A stretch of DNA of 64,000 bases from Chrysemys picta bellii (Eukaryota), in assembly GCF_011386835.1 (NCBI RefSeq), contig NC_088793.1, positions 170,066,001-170,130,000 of the forward strand. The letters run 5' to 3'. A program made the translations under genes and the position numbers. Shown one piece after another: positions 26,461 through 36,734 of this stretch. The notes beneath the pieces are model-generated. The model was given only the letters and a program-made list of their open reading frames with translations, was not told the origin of the DNA and made no database searches. The stretch's first letter is position 1. Each line of letters starts with the position of its first letter.

Positions 26461-27214
26461 AATACACTATATCTATATAAATTTATTTAAGCAATTATAT
26501 AGCTTTACTTACCTTTGTTCAGATTCTCAAAGTTTACATTTTTTAATATATTTGAAAATGGCGAATGATGCATTTTTATTTACTAGATTTAAATTTTACT
26601 TGTGATTTGTGTCAATCTCTATTAGGATGGAAATTAAAATTCAATAATAAATGCACAAAAATAGCATTTTTAATTAATTAAACTACCTTGAATGTGCTGG
26701 ACAAACTTTTTTCTCATCAAAACATTTTGCATTTAAAACAGATTTATTAAACAACGGAAGTATCTGTTAGTGAATTGAATTGAGGGTTTCTAGTCACCCT
26801 GTTCTTGAAGAATTTAGAACTAGTAGATCTGATCCTCTCACACTTAGTTTTTAGTCATAGATTGGAAGAGGAAAACAAGCTTTCCTGTTTTTTCAACTTC
26901 CAATTGATTTCTTAACTTTGAATGAACTAGTCATTAAACTGAACTTGATGAATAAACTGAAATGAAGAAAATATTCTCTTGGCACCTGCAGAAGGGGCCA
27001 CTGCTCTCAAAAGCTGGTTTAGCTTTTTGTATTTTGATTCCAACGATTTTAACAGATTATAATAAATTTAGGCCTTACCATACGCTGTCAATTTAAAATT
27101 TAATTTTAAAGTAGTTTTTAAATTTAAGTCCTGATTTATTTAGAAAAGCACAATTTAAATAAAATAATCCCCCTTTTGGATTGAAAAAAATCTTCAACTT
27201 TTTATTCAACCTGT
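26460..27214 (-). mobile_element. hAT DNA transposon remnant with transposase C-terminal (dimerisation domain) fragment
   Basis: Minus strand 27004-26844 reads AVAPSAGAKRIFSSF, then after a frameshift VHSKLRNQLEVEKTGKLVFLFQSMTKN*, matching the hAT (S)SAxxERxFS...RNxL motif. Confidence 0.7.
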
Positions 27215-27520
27215 TGCAAAGTCAAGCACTCAAAAGTTAGGAAATACCAGATTTAAGGTTGCCCTTCATTCAGCCCCCTTGTGCATATGGATTATGACAG
27301 TCTTTAATCACATGATCACATACTATTTTTCCACAGGAATGCTGCCTCATTTGTGCACAGGATGGCTGGTGCTCAGGGCACGAATCAGGGATGCATGGTG
27401 AATGAAGCTGTTGTTTCCAAGACTCCTTCCTCGATTGTGGCAGAAGTTGGAAGATTTGTAGGGAATGAGGCAAGGGACTGCAGGAATAGAAAGGAAGGTC
27501 TTCTTTGCTAAGACAGTTGA

Positions 27521-28580
27521 GTGGCATCCTGGAAAATTGGATTCTATTCCTACCTCTGCCCCAGAGTTCCTATGTGAAGCTGGGCAAGTCACTTAAACCA
27601 AAATTTTCATAGGTGATCACTAATTGTGTGTTTCTCGTTTTCTGGGCACCCAGTGGAGATACCTGTAGTTTGCTTTGTAGAAGTGCTGAGCACAGCTGCA
27701 ACTGAAGTCAATAGGTGCTATGCTCTGAGCATATAAAGGGCTATAAAATGCTAAGCATTCTGGAAAAGAAATCTGGCCTCAGTGATCTCAAATTACACCC
27801 ACAAAAATAGTGGACAGTTGACAATTTTAGCCTCTGACCCTCACGTGAAAAAATGGGGATAATTCTACCACCTTATATCACAGGGGAGTTGTGAAGATAG
27901 ATTCATTAATTTTTGTGAAATTTTATAGTTCACATACTATAGCGATAAATAAGGCTATGTTTTAGTCACGGAGTTCACGGCAGTCACAGATTCTGAGACT
28001 TTACCAGACCTCCGTGACATCTAGGACATGAGGGACTCTGCGCCCCTGCCCTGCAACTGGGGCTAGCTGGAGTCAGGAACCTGCAGCCCCAGTCCTGCAA
28101 TTCCACTGGGGGCTGCAGCCAGGGCTGTGTGCCCCAGCCCCACAGCATCCTGGGTTTGGCGGGGGCTGCAGCCGGGGGCTGCAGCCGGGGCCATGCCCCC
28201 TTCACGGCTTTCCAGGGCCATACACTTCCCCCAACCCCCAGCTGTGGCTGGGGCTTGGCAGAAGCTGCAGCCAGGGCCATGCACCCCTGTTCCGCAGCTG
28301 TGGCCAGCTCTGGAGCTGGGGCTGTGTGCCCCCCATGGCTGCGTCCCTCACTGTGGCCGCTGTAGCTGGCCTGTCATCCCCCTACTCCCCCCGCATGGGA
28401 CTCGATTCCTCCCCTCTGCCTAGCCGAGTTATTTTTAGCAAAGTACGGACAGGTCACAGGCTCTGTAAATCTTTGTTTATTGCCTGTGACCTGTCCATGA
28501 TTTTTACTAAAAGTAACCGTGACAAAATCTTAGCTTGAGCGATAAGCACCATAGAAAAAACCCATGAGGAAATTAATAAT
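27521..28580 (+). mobile_element. CORE/MIR-like SINE split by two later insertions
   Basis: TGTGAAGCTGGGCAAGTCACTTAAACC (to 27599) resumes as CCTC...AAAATGGGGATAAT...CACAGGGG..GTTGTGAAGAT (27831-27949) and ends after the MITE at 28539-28580. Confidence 0.6.
27950..28538. mobile_element. hAT MITE with GC-rich internal GCTGCAGCC/GGGGCTG repeats
   Basis: TIR TAAGGCTATGTTTTAGTCACGG / CCGTGACAAAATCTTAGCTTGA; TSD GCGATAAA/GCGATAAG (7 of 8). Confidence 0.8.
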
Positions 28581-30901
28581 TTTATGGTTTGTGGTAAATA
28601 AGATATAGGACCACTCAGCAAAAGAACTCACATGGGGGAACACTTACTCATATGAATGGTTCCAATGGCCAGTGAAGCACTTAGGCGTGTGCCTAACTTT
28701 GAGCATGTAAATAGTTCCATTCAACTTCAGCAGAACAAACGTGCTTAAAATGAGGCCACATGCTAAAGTGCTTTTTTGAATCAGGGCAAACTGTAAGTAG
28801 CCGTTGTGCAGCCTAGCCCCAAGAATAGTTTGCCCTGATCTACTCATTAATTTATACTAATGGGTATGAGGTCCATTGCAGATTACTGAATATTGTGAGT
28901 AAGCAAATAAACATTTTTGTAATGACCCCCTTCCCAAACAAAACATAATAAGGATATTGCATTCCAAAATACACTTTGTTTAATGCCAAATAGCGCTTGC
29001 AAAATAATGTGGAAGTAATGTGAATAATATGCCTTACCTAGAATATCTGGGACCACTCCACTGACCAAAGTGAATAAAGGTTTGCACAGTCAAGCCCTTA
29101 GAAAACAATGTATCCAAGGAATTTAGCTCATTTCAGGGATGATTCTGAACAGGAGTACAAGCTTCAGAGTTTGTTTTTTAAAAAAAACACACTTATGTGT
29201 TATTTGAACTCATTCTAAATGCAGGGAATACCTGTTCAAACCAAAAAAAAAACCCTTAGTTAATAGGAAAAGAAAACTTCTAAAGAGGGTCAACTACTGT
29301 ACCCCATATTCATGCAAATATACCCTGTTCAACTCCTACGCTTAGCACTTATATAGAAATTCACATTTTAAAATCGTTGCTTACACTGTAACTAATTAAT
29401 CCTTGCTACATCTTTGTGAAGCAGGTGAGTATTCTGATCTGTCTATGAAAGACAATTTCCCCATTATATTGTATTTAATTGCCTGAACACAATGGGTAAA
29501 ATCCTGGACCCAGTAGACCCAAATCCTGGACCCAGGATTTCACCCAAGGAGTTTTTAAATGTCCATTGCATGATCCATTTCCTTCTCCTCTAACTTCTAA
29601 TGCTAAAGGCTGAGCTGACATGCCTTCCTCACCAACCCTCATTGAAATCAGTGGGAGTTTTAGGGTCACAAGACATGCAGAATCAGGCTCCTAATTGCCA
29701 TATGTTTACTTAGTAGTCCATTAATTTTTCAAGTAACATTTACAATTCCTCCCCCCCACCCGATTTTATCTCTGACTCCTATTAAATCATTAATAAATGG
29801 TAACAAGAGGAACATTATATAATCTTTGTTATTTTAATAACCAAAACTGTTTAAATTAGCTATTTAAAGTATTTCTCCAACTTTTTCTTCCATTTTTGTG
29901 TTTCTGCAGCTATTTTCTTACAATTGACTTGGCTAGACATTGCATCAGTCTTTTCCTAGACAAGCTAAAGAGTAAATGGCCATTTCAGTGTACGATTCTG
30001 TATCTGAGAGAGATAAATTGTTTATTGTTACACTGACTAGTCTCACAAGCCTCACTTTTTCTAGTAACATTAAAGCAACTGGTCCAACCACTTTTGCTAT
30101 TTTCTTTTTTCAAATATCTCCTCTAATAATACAAGAGCAAAAAGAAACAACATGACTATGTTCAACAACAAAAAAATCATTCCAACTCCCCTCTTCAATA
30201 ATATTATTTCATGCCTTGCTATGTTTTATTTTTACTTATTGTGTAAGTCAGTTCACAGATTTCTCTTTAGCCACAAATGACTCAATATTATTTCAGAGCT
30301 ATTATATAAATGTGCACAGGGGCCTGGACAACATACAGAGTCTCATAATTAATTCGGAGCCCTCAAACAAAAGCAAAGGTAAATGGCTCTCTCCAGGATA
30401 GACTATGAATATGATTTTTTTTTAAATACAGTAAATGAAACAAAATAAAATGGCAAAGGCTCTACCCCTGCTCCCACTGAAGTCAAAGAAAGCTTTACCA
30501 TAGCTTTAACCAGGACCTGGCTGATGGTTTATTTTACTGAAATTAAACATGTTTCCTCTTCTAAGTATAGAACAATGTAAAGCTGCGGTTCTGAAAAGCC
30601 ACAGTGGGACTACTCACAGCACATAACATTAAGCATATGCATAATGCCTCACTCTAGGCATCCAGGTGCCTAAGTCCCAGAGCAATCCACAAACCAGGGG
30701 AAGATGGTTGTTCTCAACTCATGTGTGGGGTCCAACCAGGTAGGCATGCTTACAGGCTGCCAAACTCCATACAAACAACTTAAGGGAGGAAGAACCTCCC
30801 TTCAGCCCAGTGGTTAGTGTACTCAGTCAGGCGGTGAGAGATACTTACTCCAGTTCAAGTCCCACCTCTGTCTGATTAGAAGGGATTTTGTATAGGGAAC
30901 T

Positions 30902-31027
30902 TGCATCCGAAGAAGTGGGTATTCACCCATGAAAGCTCATGCTCCAATAATCCGTTAGTCTATAAGGTGCCACAGGACTGCTTGCTGCTTTTACAGATCC
31001 AGACTAACACAGCTACCCCTTTGATAC
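30902..31027 (+). mobile_element. 126-bp Penelope-like element with 14-bp TSD
   Basis: TGCATCCGAAGAAGTGGG...GACTAACACAGCTACCCCTTTGATAC; perfect TSD TTGTATAGGGAACT (30888-30901 and 31028-31041). Confidence 0.85.
30903..30942 (+). ncRNA. Minimal type I hammerhead ribozyme motif (U4C variant, CUC cleavage triplet)
   Basis: GCAT-CCGAAGA-A-GTGGGT ATTC ACCCAT-GAAA-GCTC-ATGC. Confidence 0.65.
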
Positions 31028-33609
31028 TTGTATAGGGAACTGCCACCCCTCAGGTGAATGCCCTCAACACTGGGCTATAGAGCAATTTTCTTTCTCTAAG
31101 GCCCAATTATTTGATTAAATCATGGATACAGCTGGGCTTTACTTATATCACGTAAACAGTCTGTACAGCCATAGCCTCAGAATTTCTAACACTGAACTTA
31201 ATCAGGTAAAGTCAATTCTGCTTCAGAATTCAGTGCATGTCATGCTTGACACCTATACTAGAGAGGCATATAATCAGTATGAAAAGATGCCAGCCTAAGC
31301 ACAAATATTTTGAACTACAAAAATCAGGAAAAAAAAGTTTAGGATGCAGCATGTCCCCAGCTAACATGTATGATCCTCTCTTCACATGAATGAGGGGGAA
31401 AGTGCATTGTCTATTCTGACACTGTCCAGGCAGAGGTATTTGCTTGTTGCATAATGTTACCTTGCTTCTAGTGAGTTTGCGGAGTTTATACCCATAGACT
31501 ATACGACAGCATAATGATAAGTGATATCTAATGGCTCAAACGTAAAGGGGAACAGACACCTATTTAGAAGAAATGCTCTCTTAGCATTCAGTTCCAAATG
31601 TCTACATATCTGAGCCTCACAATAGCAAATTATTTCAGAATAATATATAGATTCTGCCGGAGGGGTGGAAGGGGCATGATTTATGTTTCTATCACATTAA
31701 AGTTCCTGCCATCATGAATCTTAAAGCCACAAGGGCTACTATTGTTCATATCCTTTCCATTTTCATCTCCCATCTGAATACATTCTTCTATGAGGATGGG
31801 GAAGAAGGCCTAGAAACACTCTGGGATTCAGTGAATTTAAAAGAACAAAATTTGTTTCTTATTTTTTTCTGTTGTGAAGCAGGAATTGCTTTTATATAAG
31901 GTTGGTTGTTTTAACAGAGCGAGACTAAACATTTATAAAATACAAGTAGGGGTTGAAATATTGCATTGTGGTCACTAACATTTTGCAGCAGCATATCAAG
32001 TTTCATGTTTCATCAGCTGAATAGAGTCTGTGTGCTGAGCTATTGTGGTTCGGTAGCTGACAGCAGTCAAGTAAGTGCTACTCTCTTCCTGACTTAATCA
32101 TTTCTATTACACTTGGTGTCAAAACAATAATGTCAGTGAAATGGGCTTGCTGACATTACAGATTAGAATTGAGTGATTCTGAATGTCCTGTGACTGAAAT
32201 GCATTTTATTTCTAGAAAATTGCACATTACAATTGCAAATTAAAGAGCTTAGATCTCAATAGGCTGTATCAACACATATGTAGCATGGACTCCAAGCTGC
32301 CAAAGAGATGATCAGTCATGAAATCCATGCTGTATAATGCATACTAGCAAGTTAGGAAATTCCTAAATGCTCTCTCTGTGCTGTGTTTGGAGATGAATTT
32401 GAATAACAATCATTCAACTGCACAAGCAGGAGAGGTGGAATGGTCTGATGGTTTTCACTAGGGCTGAGAGAGTGGCAAGTGTTCCATGAACAGAATAGCA
32501 TCATTGCTTTATGCCTTCCTTTCCCCATCCCCAACTTCCACAACCTATCAAAACATGTTCACAGGCCTTCACTTTAGAAATACATCCACGTCTTATAGCA
32601 GCAGCTGGAGTAGCAGTCTGCAGAAGGTCAGAGAGTGATTGAAAGCTACCAAGTGACAAGCTGTGGCTTTCAATGACAGCAGCCACCAGGTGGTCCTATT
32701 AAACGAGGATGGACATTTTCATGGCCTGAGGAGTTAATTTTGTGCCACCCGGAGAATAGCCTATGCTATAGGACTCTCCTACAGTCCCTATAATATCCAC
32801 ATGCAGTGGTGTTTACAGGAATACAAAGAGCTTTATAAAAGCAAGAGTTATAATGGCTCCCTCTCTCTTCCTTAAAAATCAGCAAAACAGAAGACATGAC
32901 AAGGGGAAAAAAGTGAGCCCTCCTGTGAGATGCTAGTAAAACTCATCTCACTAACATTGCCATGATCAGCTGTTTCTTAGAATAAAGCAGAACAATTGAA
33001 GCTCTCATATGTATTTTACAAGGAAATGGTTTGCTGCCAAAATAATGGTGTTTGTTTCTTTTACTAAACCAAGTTTTCAAAATGTTGGAACAAACCGGAG
33101 AAATCTGTGTATGCTCCTCATTATTAAGAACAAGAGCCACAATAAAATACACTCATAAGGCACTCACTATGTTTAAAGAATTGTTTATCCCCATGGGGAA
33201 AGAAAACCCGCACCAGCAGATCTCTAAGGTAGCAAGAGAGAGAGAGAGAGTGTAGCTGATGGACAGTGATTTACACCATCATCATGAAGTGGATTACACA
33301 TAAGGCTACATTTTCACCATTGTCAGGGGTAACTGGATGCTGCACACCCTCTTCTCCTTTTTTGCCAAAGTTGGTGCATAGAGTGAATGGGTTTGGGGAG
33401 GAGTGGGATGGAATCTTGGTACCACCTGTTATTTTTCCTGGCACGGGTGGTGCTGCAAGTGTTTTCTTTTCCAACAAGATGCTTAGGCAGTGGAGGTCTG
33501 TAGTGCCGAACACCCATGGCCACACTGTGAGGCTTTATTCCAGGCATCTAAGAGGTCCACAGGATTATTACTGACCTGGTGCAGCCAAGTTAATTATTGC
33601 TGATGGTGT

Positions 33610-34385
33610 AACTGCCACCAGTCGTTACTGGGCAGTGACCTGTCATGACTTCAAGTCCAATCTTCCAAGCTCGATGTCTGGGGACTTTGTCTCCAAGGTG
33701 GGCAACATGACCAAAAAGGGCCAGCCGGCAGTGGCCAATGATGACTTCAGTCCTCTCCAGGCCAGTTCTCACTGATACATCCCTATTGCTGATAAAGTCA
33801 TACCATCTTATACCCAGTAGTCACCACTAGCAATGCATGTGAAATGCTTCCAGCCTCCTGGTGTCTTGTTTAAGCAATGTCTATGTTTCAAATCCATATA
33901 AAAGGATCGCAGGTACACAGGTTTGCTAAATCCATACTTGGGTATATAGTTGAACCTTCTTTTGGCTCCAAACCCTATGCAGCTCCTTCATGGCTGAGGC
34001 TACTAAACCAATTCTCCTTAGGATGTCTGGCTGGCTGCACCTGTTGGATGACAGTTTACTGCCTACTTAGGTAAAGTCAACCATTACTTCCATGATATGT
34101 CTTGCATCACAACTTTTGCACTGACACTCAAGATTTTTGGTTTTGCCCAAGAAACCCTTAACCCAAGGACAGCTGCCTTGTGCTGTAAACTCTCTAGGAC
34201 ATCTTTGAGATTGTTTGTATCCGGACCGAAGACGACATCATCCACATAATCTAGGTCAGTAAAAGTTTAACTGACAGTTATACCGATATTTGCAGAGATA
34301 TGTTCAATGAACCAATTCATTGTGTGACAGAACAGGGCTGGGTCTAGGATACATCCCTGCTTCACCTCAGATCTAGTGTGAAACC
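33610..34385 (-). mobile_element. RTE-clade LINE fragment (RT and C-terminal region), degenerate
   Basis: Minus strand EVKQGCILDPALF (RT motif 4-like), DLDYVDDVV (YxDD) and RLALFGHVAHL (RTE-type RLxxFGHxxR motif). Confidence 0.75.
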
Positions 34386-34529
34386 TGTCAGACCTGTGTG
34401 TCCCCCAGTGCTCCCATGCCCCAAGTCATTAGTATAGGACTTGAATTAGCTTCAGGGGAATGTCAGGAAAACAGATACCTCCCCTCTCCCTTTAAGAGGA
34501 GCATGGTGCTTTCTATTCTAAGGGTTCTC

Positions 34530-34810
34530 GTCTCTCTCTCTACCATCAGCATTAGGTAACCTCTCTCTCTCTCTCTCTCCTCACTGAAATCTCCCCATTT
34601 TTCTGTCTATCTCCCCACCCCCACATTTCCATGGCCCTCTGTCTCTATCTCCCAACTGTCTCTGTGCCCATCAGTATTTCTCCATCCTTCAAAACTGAGT
34701 CTCCAAGCAACCCAACTGCCTGTCCTTGTTCCTTCCTCCATTCACCACCTCCCTCCACACACATAATTGAATGTCTCTGGAACTCCAGCAACTCGTTCTC
34801 TCTCCTCCCT
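34530..34810 (+). repeat. (CT)n microsatellite and pyrimidine-rich low-complexity tract
   Basis: (CT)n run at about 34561-34578 within a C/T-rich stretch. Confidence 0.7.
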
Positions 34811-36530
34811 CTATACACACACCGCAGAATGGTTTGGGTTCCCCCACCCCCACCTCAAACACATACCAGGCAAGAGTCCCATTTTGCCTGAGAATGCCCT
34901 GGGTTTTACAGACATATCCTGGATATTGACAGTCTCAGCTCACAGAAAAATGGAGGGATTTTCAGCTATGCAACTCTTCTCGTTCCTCATTAGATTTCTT
35001 TCTTTTTCCACAGCAGCTCACTCTCTCTATTGCATAGTCAAAATTAAATGACTAATTTCAGGTAGTCAGCACACTATCAGCTAGGCAAATAAATTGCAAA
35101 CATCTATTTGAATAAAAAAAGTGAATTTTCTTCAGAAGCATCCAAGACACTTATTTACTTACTGCCAACATGTGGATTACTTAATTTTGTTAGTAAGTAC
35201 ATTAATGCAAAGAAGAAGTGTCACAAATACTTGCGTGAATATGTATTCTGAAGAATACTTGAGCCAGAAGTAGTAGGCTGCCATCTTGAAAACTCTTTGG
35301 GAGTCATCCAAGTTTAAATGAAAGCTGAGATTTTCATGTAAATCATCTGACTCCATAAGCAGGGGCTTTAAGAAAAATGCTAAGTATTGTGAAATTTGTG
35401 ATTCAATCATGAGAGTTGGCAACATTAAATTCAACATCTCCAATCTAGGACCAGCTGGAATCCCAAATGAGTAGTGAACTAAACATTAGTGAACAGCTGG
35501 TGCTGGCAGAGGGCACATTCACTGGTGAACTGTGAATTGGTATGGGTTCTTCCAGGGGTGGCAGAATGGGGCAGCAGTGGGTGCTAACACCCCCACAATG
35601 AAAATGAAAATATTGTGGGGGCTCATCTATGTTTCCACCTACACAATATTTCCTCTCTACCTAGGGAGGGTGTGGGATGGGACAACCTGGGTCCTGCTTT
35701 GCCTCCTGCCAGTTCCCTTGGCACTAGGGAGATGGGGCACGGGGGGGTGAAGAGCAGGAGGATAGGGAGGCAACTGCTCTGGGGGCCTGGGGCGGGTACA
35801 CCATGCCGCCGCAGCTGCCCTGACCATGCCATTCCCTCAGCCTGCTGTGCATCTCCAAGCTCAGATGCCTGCCCTGCTGCTCACTCCCAAAGCAGCCCCT
35901 GGCACTGCCTAAGGCCCCTCTGGGCTCCGGCTTCTTGGTGCATACCTCCAGCCTGAAACCTCAGCCCCCGCCCCTGGTTTCTGCTACAGTTTCTTGTCAT
36001 TTTGCTCCAAGTTTCATTACTGTGCTGCCACAACTCTTCTGAGTTATGTGCCTATCAGCTTTTCTTTGTTTAACTGACAGAAAAAAATTCTGCATTTTCT
36101 ATTCAGCAGCAAGTCAGCCATGCACATATTGGAGCCAGAGATGTTGGTATGGAATTATGGGTGCAAGACATAGCAAATATTTATGTGTGTAATCACAGGA
36201 CATCTGTTCCTTTCCCACTATGGGTGGTCTGACTCAAAAAAATCCAGCAAGTTTACACCTTTGGCTATGCAGCCCAGCCAAAATAACTCTATATTTTACA
36301 GGACCTTGATTACGGCTGCTTGTTATTTTCCCTTCACTAATATTGATTTCATGCGTAACTGTACAGAACTAAAACAAAATCAGTCATCTCAAGTCAGAGA
36401 GAGAAACTGGAAAAGTAAGTGTAGCTAGAGATACACAACTAGCCCACCATGCCAATATATTTACCATTGATGAGATTTATATATATCAAGCCTGCCATAA
36501 CACATCCCCCTGCCAACCCCTACACTTTAT

Positions 36531-36734
36531 CAGGGCCGGCTCCAGGCACCAGCTTAACAAGCAAGTGCTTGGGGTGGCCAAGGGAGAGGGGCGGCACCTG
36601 CGGCAATTCTGGGGCGGCAGGTCCCTCACTCCCTCTAGGAGTGAAGGACCTGCCGTTGAACTGCCGCCGCCAATCGCGGCTTTTTTTTTTCTTTTTTTTT
36701 GCTTGGGGTGGCAGAAATGCTGGAGCCGGCCCTG
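36531..36734. mobile_element. hAT MITE, intact and apparently recent
   Basis: Perfect 14-bp TIR CAGGGCCGGCTCCA/TGGAGCCGGCCCTG; perfect 8-bp TSD CACTTTAT (36523-36530 and 36735-36742); CpGs retained. Confidence 0.93.

Larger units (their letters stand above)
30804..31076. mobile_element. tRNA-like inverted-repeat element hosting a Penelope-like insertion
   Basis: Left AGCCCAGTGGTTAGTGTACTCA with B-box-like GTTCAAGTCCC; right GTGAATGCCCTCAACACTGGGCT is an imperfect reverse complement. Confidence 0.55.

Noticed and set aside
33266-33574. Overlapping 74-102 aa ORFs on both strands
   Set aside because: No recognisable domain or convincing splice-site pair; adjacent to the degenerate RTE element.
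35177-35443. 88-aa minus-strand ORF with a protein-like middle section
   Set aside because: No strong acceptor/donor pair in frame and no recognised homology.
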